33,550 bases of DNA, taken from positions 78,768,972 through 78,802,521 of the forward strand of contig NC_068990.1 in the NCBI RefSeq assembly GCF_001194135.2, in the 5' to 3' direction. The notes beneath the pieces were generated by a model. The model did no database searches. It was given only the letters and a program-made list of their open reading frames with translations, and was not told the origin of the DNA. Source of the DNA: Octopus bimaculoides. Taxonomy: Eukaryota. The position numbers were made by a program, and so were the translations under genes. Shown piece after piece: positions 1 through 10,320 of this stretch (positions within the stretch are counted from its first letter, which is position 1; each line of letters begins with the position of its first letter).

Positions 1-21
1 TGTGTGTGTGTGTGTGTATGT

Positions 22-325
22 ATATGTTTGTGGGTCTGTGTTTGTCCCCTCAACATGGCTTGACAACCGCTGCTGTTGTTCGGTTTCTGTGGCAATAAAT
101 GGATTGGAGGTATTCGTCGACCGCCAGCAAAGATTTTCTTTGGTAAGATTCCGTCTTGAATTGTACTCTTAACCGTCACTTATCGGTTCTGCAAAAGTGG
201 CCGATAGAATAAGTACTAGGCTTTCAAAGAATAAGTACTGGGGTCGATTTGCTCGACTGAAGGCGGTGCACCAGCAAGGCCGCAGTCAAATGATTGAAAC
301 AAGTAAAAGAATAAAAGAACATATA
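22..325 (+). mobile_element. 3' half of a tRNA-derived SINE, interrupted by a 105 bp insertion
   Basis: TGTGTTTGTCCCCTCAACATGGCTTGACAACC...CCGTCACTTATCGGTTCTGCAAAAGTGGCCGATAGAATAAGTACT...GTCAAATGATTGAAACAAGTAAAAGAATAAAAGA. An uninterrupted relative lies at 6818-6960 and the tail recurs inverted at 665-718. Family assignment is from recall of cephalopod SINEs. Confidence 0.75.
68..172. repeat. Exact 105 bp direct copy of 1037-1141 (3' end of the coding exon)
   Basis: Base-by-base identical, from CGCTGCTGTTGTTCGG to GTACTCTTAA; offset 969 bp. Confidence 0.97.
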
Positions 326-454
326 TGTGTATCTATGTATGTCGTTATTCCGTTTTATTTCAAGATTTCTTGTCAATAGAGAAAGAACCGGTTTCTAACC
401 TGATCCAAAGCTCTTTCATTGGAATTTCAACATCAACAACAGGGTATTTTTATT

Positions 455-576
455 TGTATGTATGTATGTATGTATGTATGTATGTATGTATGTATGTATG
501 TATGTATGTACGTACGTATGTATGTGTATGTATGTGTATGTATGCGTGTGTGTATGTATGTACGTGCGTACGTACG

Positions 577-607
<31 letters not shown>

Positions 608-652
608 GTGTGTATGTGTGTGTACATACGTACGCATGTATGTATGTGCGTG
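455..652. repeat. (TATG)n/(TG)n compound microsatellite
   Basis: Directly visible. Confidence 0.95.
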
Positions 653-664
653 TGAATATATATA

Positions 665-713
665 TTCTTTTATTCTTTTACTTGTTTCAGTCATTTGACT
701 GCAGCCCTGCTGG

Positions 714-718
<5 letters not shown>
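665..718 (-). mobile_element. SINE 3' tail, inverted relative to 266-319
   Basis: Reverse complement matches 266-319 at 50/54 nt. Confidence 0.85.
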
Positions 719-783
<65 letters not shown>

Positions 784-800
784 TACATACATACATACAC
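717..800. repeat. (CA)n/(CATA)n microsatellite
   Basis: Directly visible. Confidence 0.95.
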
Positions 801-1026
801 AACTGAGAAGACTAGGATCATTTATTCAGAATTGAATGAGTTAAGTACTTAGACCAGTCTCAGTGATGGGATGCGAACCCCCGTGTTTTCAAGCAAGAGG
901 ATTATAATTAAGTTGATACGCTTAGAGATGCATCTCATGTATAAAGGAATATTCTCGATAAAAGAAATTAAAATTAAAATTTGCCTTCCAGAATGAAAAG
1001 AAAGACAGACAGGACTGTGATTGAAG

Positions 1027-1032
1027 ACTTAC
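1027..1032 (-). other. 5' splice donor GTAAGT (phase 2)
   Basis: Minus strand reads ...AGC AGC GTC AA|GTAAGT. The ORF's apparent TAA stop (1031-1029) lies inside this consensus donor. Confidence 0.8.
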
Positions 1033-2282
1033 TTGACGCTGCTGTTGTTCGGTTTCTGTGGCAATAAATGGATTGGAGGTATTCGTCGACCGCCAGCAAA
1101 GATTTTCTTTGGTAAGATTCCGTCTTGAATTGTACTCTTAAAATTTTTCACTTCTGGCGGCAAATCTTCATCTACAGAATTCTTAGACTTTTCCGATTCA
1201 GTTTTTTTGGTTTTCTTTTTAGTTTCAGGTTTTGTTTGTTTTTTGTTCTTCTTCGATTCACTCGTTGTTCCACTTTTCCTTTGATGTTCAAGAGTTGTTG
1301 ATTTTTCTGGTTCGTCCACATTAGTTGACATGTTGAAAATAATGTTCGATCCGCTGGTTACGTCTAACGTCATTGGTTCATCAGAGAGCGTGTTTTGTAA
1401 GGGACTTGTGGAATCTTTAGGTAAAGAGCTCGATTTAGTTTTATCTTCCTTTTTTGGCAATGTTTCGGTTTTTGTGTTTTTGTTAAGCTCTGACTTTAGT
1501 TTATTTTCTTGTGATCTGTTTTCAGAGGGTTTTTCTTCGACACTTCTTTTGGATGGCAGATTTTTCTGAGGGTGATTGCTGGTTGTTTTAGGGATGTCAA
1601 AACTGTTGTCCTGTGAATCCTTTACGTTTTTAATATTACTATTTTCTTTGATGGGAGACATATTCTGGTTGTCTGCAAAATTCAGTGATGCAGAATCCTT
1701 TTCAAGTAGATTCTGTTTTTGAGACTGGGACATCTGCTGTTGGTTTTGGAGAACATCCTGTTGTTGATATCCGTTATTGGCATAACTGTCATATTTCTGT
1801 TGAGGGCAATCTGAACCTGGAGGTTGTGTGTGTTGTCGGTGATGTTGTTTGTGTTGATAAAGGTGCCCAGCTTGTTCATAGAACTCTTGGTTAATTACTT
1901 TGTTATAACCCCACAAGAAGGCGCTTGTAAAGCCGAGTAAGAGGCCAGAACTAATAAGCACAGTTGCCATAATGCATACCTTCATATGGCGTTTAAAGGA
2001 ACCTTGATGTCGTTTATCTCCACTACAACCACCAACATCATGGCCATTAGAGTCACCTCTTCTTTTAGTAGTTTTACTACTACTACTCTTGCTGTTGTTA
2101 TTTCTATTTCTATCACAAACGCTTTCAGTATTCCTCTTCGTAATGTTACTTTCAACGCCTTTCTTCTCTAACCGTCCATTACTTTTCGTAGACGTTACTT
2201 TATACCGAATTTCCTTTCTTTTCACATTATTTTTCAACTCCTGAGCCTTTTCCATTCTGTGTCGTCTGTAAAGAAAGCGCAT
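1033..2282 (-). CDS. First coding exon of a putative type II single-pass membrane protein (basic cytoplasmic N-terminus, TM helix, long Q/S/K/T/N-rich stem); Golgi-enzyme-like architecture, family not recognised
   Basis: 416-codon non-repetitive open frame; in-frame TAA at 2327-2325 upstream. One hydrophobic segment, VCIMATVLISSGLLLGFTSAFLWGY (about aa 102-126), preceded by KRHMK. Ends at a GTAAGT donor. Met10 (2255-2253, AGAATGG) has a better Kozak context than Met1. Confidence 0.8.
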
Positions 2283-2505
2283 GTGCTCTTTCCTTGTTGA
2301 ATTTGTAAAACAATTTGGCTTTCTTTATAATTTTTAAATTTTTCTCTGTCAATCTTTGTATGTCAGTATTCCTCCGTCTCACCACCCTCACACTCTGCCC
2401 CAATTATCTTCTGCTTATCAATTTCTGCCCTTCCCTCGGTTCATCTAAGTTTTGTATATCTCCTTGTCACTCATATATCTCCTCCCTTTCTCTAGAAGTG
2501 TTTTC

Positions 2506-2615
2506 CTTCTTCTTCTTCTTCTTCTTCTTCTTCTTCTTCTTCTTCTTCTTCTTCTTCTTCTTCTTCTTCTTCTTCTTCTTCTTCTTCTTCTTCTTCTTCT
2601 TCTTCTTCTTCTTCT
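2506..2615. repeat. (TTC)n/(GAA)n tract of about 36 units, 220-330 nt upstream of the ATG
   Basis: Directly visible. Confidence 0.97.
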
Positions 2616-2783
2616 CCCCCTTCATCTTCTTTCTCTATCATTTTTCTTTCTATTTATTTCTGCAATGACCACCTCTCCGCCCCAACCACTCTTTGTGTAA
2701 ACACAAACAAAATATCTGACTTACTCGTATGACCTCACTTCATTTGCATTTATCACATTATCTCTGACTTTGCTCTCTTCTTT

Positions 2784-2788
<5 letters not shown>

Positions 2789-2848
<60 letters not shown>

Positions 2849-3128
2849 NNNNNNNNNNNNNNNNNNNNNNNNNNNNNNNNNNNNNNNNNNNNNNNNNNNN
2901 NNNNNNNNNNNNNNNNNNNNNNNNNNNNNNNNNNNNNNNNNNNNNNNNNNNNNNNNNNNNNNNNNNNNNNNNNNNNNNNNNNNNNNNNNNNNNNNNNNNN
3001 NNNNNNNNNNNNNNNNNNNNNNNNNNNNNNNNNNNNNNNNNNNNNNNNNNNNNNNNNNNNNNNNNNNNNNNNNNNNNNNNNNNNNNNNNNNNNNNNNNNN
3101 NNNNNCACACACACACACACACACACAC
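2789..3128. repeat. (CT)n, N-gap (2849-3105), (CA)n
   Basis: Directly visible. Confidence 0.95.
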
Positions 3129-3449
3129 AGAGAACTATGACTCACATATAAGCACAAACATACGTACCAGCGCACAAAAATACACACCCTCACAGACACA
3201 GACACACAGATACACACTCTCACACACACACACACACTCTCTCTCTCACACACAGATACACACATAGATGGTTACATGTGAGTTTGAAAGAGATATATGA
3301 TCAGATTGACACAAACTTACATTATATGGTTGTATTACAGTAAGCCTGACCATGTAAATTTATGATCCTAGACGTTCCAGCCATGACTGCCCGATCTATT
3401 TTTTCATATATAGTGTATTTCGACAGATTATCCAATGTGTTTGTTTTAA

Positions 3450-3725
3450 AAAATGATAGTGTACAGATTCAGCGAGACTGGGCTGCTATATCCAGCAGGT
3501 CGAAATACTTGGTGGAAAGTTTTTCTTTGCTTTGCACAGACATACGAGGTCTGATCAAATCATTTGCTGAAAAAGTTCTAAGATTCATTAAATGCAAACA
3601 CCAAGATTGGTTCGATGAGAATGATTCACAAATCAAACCTATCCAAGATACTATGTACAAAAGACACAAGGCATGGACCTCAATCAAAAACTCACCATCC
3701 CTCAGATCCTTATACCTGCTCAGAG
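3450..3725 (+). mobile_element. Decayed RTE-clade LINE fragment (endonuclease-RT linker)
   Basis: Translation HQDWFDENDSQIKPIQDTMYKRHKAW matches the DWFDEND...K..AH.AW motif of RTE/BovB-type ORFs. Confidence 0.6.
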
Positions 3726-3727
3726 GC

Positions 3728-4385
3728 CTATATTTTTCCAGTAGGCATGACTCACATTTGATGGGTCTTTTATGTGCACCGTGCTTGTAAGGTGAAGCTC
3801 TATCTATAATTCTCCATGTCACGTTGAAAGGTCGGGTTACGTTCTCTTTTAATTCCCAGATATATTTAGCCAGGCTGGTCTTCGTCCTATTGTCGGGGTA
3901 TCGAAAGGAATTTTTATGAGAATAAAATCGGGTTTTGAAAGAATTTTCAGAAGCCCCTGTATAAATTCTATATTCGTGTGTGCCTTCATCTGCACCTTGG
4001 CTCTATACACGATTCCTTTCTCCAGACATTTTCCTTCCAACGAACAGGTGGTCACATCTTTGCAATAGCAATTTTGGGGAAACGAATCGGCACTATGATT
4101 ATTTGCAGTTATCCTACTGTTGTGTTGGTTAATAAAAGAGGCGAAGTTTTTGCAGCAAGAATAGCGTTCTTTTATTAAATATTTCTATAAAACTTATGGT
4201 CAGGTTGAAAATATCAAGAGACTAATTTTAAGAATTCTTTACCTATATTTGTTTTTACGGCCATATTGAAAGCTGGGTTAAACCACAAAACCTTCCTAAT
4301 CCTAGTTCTACGTGTAGCATTACTGTTAGAATTAAGTTGGTTTTACTAGAATAGTAGATTCTCTGAGAAGATCCAGTAATTCACA
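3728..4385 (-). mobile_element. Penelope-like element fragment (linker plus GIY-YIG endonuclease), pseudogenised
   Basis: Across frameshifts: RTRIRKVLWFNPAFNMAVKTNIGKEFLKLV, CSLEGKCLEKGIVYRAKV, IYTGASENSFKTRFYSHKNSF, SLAKYIWELKE, VTWRIIDRASPY, CESCLLEKY. These are canonical PLE motifs. Confidence 0.9.
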
Positions 4386-4557
4386 TATCGTTCTACATTT
4401 CTCATTTATTTGGTTTCTGATTTTTTCTTTCCTTCACCCTCCACTTTCTATTGGCTACTTTTGACGTTATATCCTCTAACGTTTTTAAAAAAAAACTTAA
4501 TAGCGTTCACTATACATATCCATCATATTCTGTTAAAATGTCCTATTGACGAGTTTT

Positions 4558-4662
4558 ATTTCTTTCTTTCCCTGAAGTGAAGATTACATTGTTTTACACC
4601 ATTTTATTCCTTTCGAATAATACCAATGATATCTTCGAAACATGTGTCGGAAGTAAAAGAAT
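4558..4662 (+). ncRNA. Type I hammerhead ribozyme-like motif with long stem II (A9 lesion)
   Basis: Stem I 4558-4571/4649-4662 (12 of 14 pair, including G.U). Core CTGAAG-T at 4572-4578. Stem II GAAGAT/ATCTTC, then CATTG/CAATG, with a TTATTC/GAATAA cap. GAAA 4637-4640, stem III ACATGTGT, GTC 4646-4648. Confidence 0.65.
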
Positions 4663-5834
4663 TTGAATAACACCTGCATTTAACTCCATTTATTTATTTA
4701 TATATATTATACAAAATATTTCACATAAACCCGGAGTTTCTACCTTTAAAAACAAGGTGTTACGCCCTTTTTACTTGTGTGATTTTTTGCTACCCTGGTA
4801 ACTGTTTATCTATTTTTTCCGTGCTAATTGTAAACAAGGGGAAAATACACACACACAGTTTTGTAGTGGAACTGGACTGAAGTTGACGCATACACACAGT
4901 TCCAAACATACTTATACATATTTATACATACATTAATCAAGCTGTTATATACACATACACACACTTATACAAACATATTAACGATTCTGTTTTCCATTTG
5001 AAAGTCGTCAACGCCAAATCAATTCCTGCTTCTTTTTTTTCTACTATCTACCCAAACTTCCATAACGATTAAAGAAGTAGTATTCCTAGAAAATTCTTTA
5101 CTCATTCAATTTGGATCAATCACCCGTACTTCGATTTCATAAATAAAGAAATAAAAACAAACAAAAAAAGAACAAACAAGTAAAACAAACAAGTAAACAA
5201 AAAATAACGAAAAGAAGAAGAAAAAAATCCTTATATTTTACTAATATTGACACCTACCCACCAAGAAACCTTCAATGTATATTCACTCATCGTTTTATTT
5301 ATCGAATCTTTGAGCAAATAATTAAGCATAAGTATAAAGACGATTCGAAATATTCAATCGCAAAAATTCTAACAATAAGAACTGGAAGCTTTGCATGTTG
5401 TCGCTGGAAATATTTCCAATAAATATTCAATAAATATTTGCTTCGGTTCGAGAGTAATTGGCGACACTTGAAAAGATGTTGGGAAGTTGAAAAGTGAATC
5501 TCTAGTGGATTGCAGTCGTGTTTCCTATTATTAAATAAATAAAATATTATGAAGCGAACAAAACATGTGTGTGTGTATGCGTGTGTATGTGTGTATGCGT
5601 CTGTGTGTGTATATATATATTTATGTATATATAAATACATACATATACGTACATACATATATACATATGTATAAAGATAGATAGATATAAAGATAGATAG
5701 ACACACATTCATATATTTCGGATTAACTCCGATTATTCTTACTTAAGTAGAAATAAAAAAGCAAAATTTTAGTTCTTATACTTTGCGGTCTTTTCATCGA
5801 AATGTGTGTTTAGTATTGCATAGGTAGAACATTT

Positions 5835-5881
5835 ACAAAGTTTATACATACATACATACATACATACATACATGCATGCAT

Positions 5882-5914
<33 letters not shown>

Positions 5915-5964
5915 CACACNNNNNNNNNNNNNNNNNNNNNNNNNNNNNNNNNNNNNNNNNNNNN

Positions 5965-6049
<85 letters not shown>

Positions 6050-6290
6050 GATACACACATACGTATATATATATACATATATATACATACATATATGTAT
6101 AATATATATATTCATATATAAACTCATATACCTATTTTTATATGTGTGTATATATGTATACACTTACACAAATATATAGACACGTGTGCGTATACACACA
6201 CACACTATTACATATATATATATATATTATATATTTCCAGTATATGTATATACATACACACACACATATGCACACAAATATAAATATGAA
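5835..6290. repeat. Compound (CATA)/(TA)/(CA) microsatellite with N-gap 5920-5964
   Basis: Directly visible. Confidence 0.9.
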
Positions 6291-6367
6291 TATATTTCAA
6301 AAATAAACAATTTACTCAGGGACATAAATAAACGATGCCACCAATGGATTAAAAGTATATTTATATA

Positions 6368-6759
6368 CTAGCTTAAAAGCCGCACTCCGGGTGGTCTTTT
6401 AAGTTAGCTCCTGCGGAGGGCTAACTCGGTCTGCAGCCTAAAACTAAGGAGAGCAATAATAATAATAAAGCATTTATTGATAACCAACCAATATGGCATT
6501 ACTTTAAATTCAGTTTAAATGAAAAAAAAACATTGTTTGAGTTCTTTTAAAATTTGAATTTTCAACTGTTAGCATGTAACAAATCCTTATCAAGATTTGA
6601 TCCCAATACTAAAAGTTCACGATCCATATGATGGGGAGATTTTCAATCACGGGATCATCCTTATTCCAAAAAGGTATAATATGTCTATGTAGAGCAAATG
6701 TAGACTAAGATACAGGGGTCTCAGTCGAACAGACAGAATTTCGCGTTCATCATTATAGA
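6368..6759 (-). mobile_element. Non-autonomous Helitron-like element (about 390 bp)
   Basis: Minus strand begins TCTATAATG (6759) and ends CTAG|T (6371-6368). Sub-terminal hairpins CTTAAAAG/CTTTTAAG (6372-6403) and GTTAGC/GCTAAC (6403-6425). The 5' part recurs at 7147-7273. Confidence 0.55.
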
Positions 6760-6814
<55 letters not shown>

Positions 6815-6817
6815 CTG

Positions 6818-6960
6818 ACTTTGTGTCTGTGTTTGTCCCTCACCACCGGTTGATAACTGGTGTTGGTGTGTTTACGTTCGTAACTTAGCGGTTCGGCAGA
6901 AGAGGCCAACAAAAAACGTACGAGGCATAAAAAAAGAAAGAACTCGTGTTCGATTAAAAG
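6818..6960 (+). mobile_element. SINE 3' half, same family as 22-325, uninterrupted
   Basis: TGTGTCTGTGTTTGTCCCTCACCACCGGTTGATAACTGGTGTTGGTGTGTTTACGTTCGTAACTTAGCGGTTCGGCAGAAGAGGCC. Confidence 0.75.
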
Positions 6961-7146
6961 TCTGGTGATTGAAAAAGATAAAAGAACCGCTAAATTCCTG
7001 AGTAAAACTTTAAGCTAAGGAAGGTAACTCTTGTAAACCGTTCACTACGGCGCTGAAACCTCTCACGGTTGCTTTATCTACTAGAAATAGCAGCCCAAAT
7101 GCTTTTAAATCCGACCACAATGCTAGTCGTTCAAGAACCAAATTAA

Positions 7147-7273
7147 GGGAAGATTTTCAATTCCGGGATCATCCTAATTCCCAAAAGAAATAATATGTCC
7201 ATGTAAAGCAAATGAAGCCTGAGGCACTGGTGTCCCAGACGGACAGACAGAATTTCGCGTTTATTAATATAAA
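7147..7273 (-). mobile_element. Partial second copy of the Helitron-like element (5' end only)
   Basis: Aligns to 6633-6757 (shared GATTTTCAAT..CGGGATCATCC, TAATATGTC.ATGTA.AGCAAATG, CAGACAGAATTTCGCGTT). Confidence 0.7.
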
Positions 7274-7303
7274 TATAATTGTTTTTTGGGGGGGATTGTA
7301 TGT

Positions 7304-7647
7304 TGTTGACGTCATAAGAATTTCCAGAGATCGTAGAATAATTCTTTTTCTGAATTGGTTCTCGAGGAACATAGAAAGATACAAATAGTAGCATGGAAAT
7401 ATTCTTTCTGTCCGAATCGGACAGAGAAATTTGAATTTCTTTGGTACATTGGTAGAACGCTTATCATATATACAGATGTAAGATGTAAGGACGGGCAGCC
7501 TTCGATCCTTTTCTATCCGAAAAGGGTTTTCAACTCAGTGTTACTCAGTATTATTATTTTAAACTTCATATGTACTTCGAGATCCAATTCCAAAAATGAA
7601 TTATTCTTCATTCTCTCGAAAGTTTATAAAATCTTATGATGTCAACG
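7304..7647. mobile_element. Fold-back/MITE-like element with about 75 bp imperfect terminal inverted repeats
   Basis: 7304-7378 (TGTTGACGTCATAAGAATTT...AGAATAATTCTTTTTCTGAATTGGTTCTCGAGGAACATA) matches the reverse complement of 7563-7647 (CGTTGACATCATAAGATTTT...AGAATAATTCATTTTTGGAATTGGATCTCGAAGTACATA). Confidence 0.75.
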
Positions 7648-7648
7648 A

Positions 7649-7725
<77 letters not shown>
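7649..7725. repeat. (TATC)n microsatellite
   Basis: Directly visible. Confidence 0.95.
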
Positions 7726-7727
<2 letters not shown>

Positions 7728-8241
7728 GTATATGTATATATGTCTATATATGTGTGGGCGTGTATGTGTGCGGATATATACATATGTATATGTATATATA
7801 AATATGTACACACACACACACACACAAACAAAACATTCAAACACAAAGATTTGAAACAAGATGTCACTACTGTTAATATCATCTGTGGATAAAGTTTAAA
7901 ATTGATGATATCAACAGCAGTGACATAGGTGGATCGCAGGCAAAACAGTATTATTTAGCTATGAATTATAAATTTGCACGAAGCGTAATGATGCTCAAAA
8001 AGCATACACCTGCTAGAAATAAGAGCTAAAGTCTTAAATTAACCCACCGTACAGCACCAAGATAACAGAGAAAAACAGAAGGCGAGGAAAATGGAAAGAA
8101 TTCAAACATTCAAAAGCACAACAATAAAAGATTATTCAGCAGTTTAGGACATCCACATACAGTTTAATTGACGAGGTATTAATTTAGTTTATCGAACAAC
8201 CGAATTCTCATCGTCGAATGTTAGAGATCTGCCTCTGCGGT

Positions 8242-8286
<45 letters not shown>

Positions 8287-8432
8287 AGTGTATGAAATAT
8301 ACAGGGAGAGAAAGCCACCATGTAGATTTCTTACATGCTAGAAAGGGCAGTCAAAACCCCTAACCACGAAAAAAACATTAAAGCACGTTGTTTGTACGCG
8401 AGCAAGACATTTAAATGACCATATATTTCAGT

Positions 8433-8532
8433 TAACTTTATACCCACGAGTTTCAACATTAATGACCGAATAAATCAACTAATAAGTTAATTAACTGATT
8501 AATTAGTCATCCGTAGCTCGTCAGTAAGGTCA
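8433..8532 (-). ncRNA. Type I hammerhead ribozyme-like motif with intact core and about 63 nt stem II hairpin
   Basis: Minus strand: TGACCTTA-CTGACGA-[GCTACGG ATGAC TAATT AATCAGTTAAT TAACTT ATTAGTTGATT TATTCG GTCAT TAATGTT]-GAAA-CTCGTGG-GTA-TAAAGTTA. Stem I pairs 7/8, stem III ACTCGTGGGT is self-complementary with G.U pairs, and the base of stem II is poorly paired. Confidence 0.7.
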
Positions 8533-8838
8533 TAAATATGAGACTACAATACGTACCGAAAACACAAATTAAACACATGCGCATTAAGTCCCATCTTTAT
8601 ACATCAATTTAGAAACATAACCAGGGAAGGTGTTTAATATGTTTGTATGTTGTTGTGTTATCAGTTGTCAATCGTGTTTCCAATCAAAACCCCAATCAAA
8701 ACTACTGAGAGATATTCAAATGACACGGAGAGATGCTTATTTAGAAAATGTAATAACATTCGGCATTTTGAAATGTTTTCCTCTTCTTCAATGAAAGGAT
8801 ATCATTCAACTTGTGGGCTGTTGTTGCTTCTACTCTTT

Positions 8839-8877
<39 letters not shown>

Positions 8878-9339
8878 TGTATTTAAATGTTTCCTGCTAG
8901 AAACATAATTTTGTTCGAGAAGGACGTCTGTTATGACAGGTGAGTGTTGAATGTGATAACTAATACAATTTCAAAAAGGAAAAGATTAAAAAGAAAAGAT
9001 ATTTCATATGATAAAATGACAAAATATCGCTTTTGTGAAATTATTTTTCTTCTGTCCTCTCTGACAAATAGATTCATTTAGACAAATAAAAGAGAGTTAA
9101 ATGAAGGAATAACAATTCACGCATTGGTATATCAAAAAGAAAGATACATATACTGATACATGCACATATACACATACGATTGATATGTTGTACTCGTAGT
9201 ACATCGAAAGCAACTTATATGAACATTATATCTCGCCCACCCGGTGCCTCACATCAAGACGGTAAGTTTGAGAAAAGATTTGAAATTGTAAAAGAAGTAC
9301 TAAAAAACTAGATCAATACATTAACGTACATCTGAAGGA

Positions 9340-10320
9340 TGACTTCAACTTCTCCCACATCAGATGGCACGAAGGCAACATATAATCTCAGGAATGACAC
9401 GCAAAGAACGCAATCAAGCAAAATCTCTGCTTGATTTCACGAAAACGATGTTTATGGAGCAGACGATACTCTTTCCAACCCAAAACAATAACTTCTTAAA
9501 CTGTCGCTGCATCAACAATGTGGAACTTATCCGCAATGGGAAGATATCACTGACGATTTTCGCAGACCACAACGCAATAGAACATACAATGTATGGTCCA
9601 AAACTAAAGTTGTATTCCACATAGATAGCACTCAAACTCTATCCAGGCTGGAAGTCAATTGAAAAAGTAGATCCTGAAATTTCGCTTAAAATTTTACATA
9701 AGACAGTGATGTGAAACTCCAAAGATTCACGTCTAATATACGATCCATGTACAAAAAAATTGTGCCAAAGAGAAGAGCCACTACACATAAAAACCTTGTT
9801 TCTCAATACATAAAAGCCCTTACGAGACGGGGAGTAAAGACCTCAAGTAGCTTAGATACAAAACTTTAATGAAAGTGAAAAATCCCATCTCAAAGCGACA
9901 GAGATCGAAAATAAACTCAGATTTTCTTATGAAAAAGAAAGAAAAGAAAGAGAAATCAAGTCGGTAGAAAATATAAAAATGAATGCTAAAACCTTCAACA
10001 AGTTTGCAAAAAAATCAGCCTCAATGCGTTAGAAAACAGGGCCACTGTGAAAAGAAAATAGATGAGTGAGTCTAGAGTCTGTGAGGTTAAGTGAATACTA
10101 ACTAAACAATTCCAGTGTCTTTACCTTTCCACTGGGAAAGATACAAAAAGCAAGCCGTAGATCTACACATGAAAGAAAGGTAACCGATAATTACATCGAC
10201 GTAAAAGTGGAAGATATAATATCGGCCATTGATGAGATGAGCTCGGACTCAGGAACGGGCCCAGATGGATTTCCGGTTCAGCAAAGGAAACCAATGAAAT
10301 AAGTAGACTGTTTAAAAAGA
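9340..10320 (+). mobile_element. Decayed CR1/L2-like LINE fragment (end of APE endonuclease, linker, start of RT)
   Basis: LLDFTKTMFMEQTILFPTQNNNFL...NNVELIRNGKISLTIFADHNAIE (PTR..N.LDL / SDH-type motifs); SYEKERKERE..SVENIKMNAKTF; VEDIISAIDEMSSDSGTGPDGFP. Many stops and frameshifts. Confidence 0.7.

Noticed and set aside
381-425. Minus-strand CCAATGA...GAAACCGGTT hammerhead-like remnant
   Set aside because: Palindromic stem III is present, but the core has two substitutions and stem I does not pair in register; too decayed to call.
325-852. Many 60-190 aa ORFs such as MYVCMYV, HTHTHT, polyL/F/K/I and X-containing ORFs, here and throughout the window
   Set aside because: Translations of microsatellites or N-gaps; no coding signal.
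1029-1031. TAA as the true stop of a 417 aa single-exon protein
   Set aside because: It lies inside a consensus GTAAGT donor; splicing is the more likely reading.
6990-7130. CTAGAAATAGCAGCC motif, with weaker copies near 8010 and 8338
   Set aside because: Probably degenerate SINE tails, but boundaries and family cannot be supported.
8160-8210. TTGACGA-GGTA..TATC-GAAC hammerhead-like string
   Set aside because: No GAAA, no stem III palindrome, no stem I.
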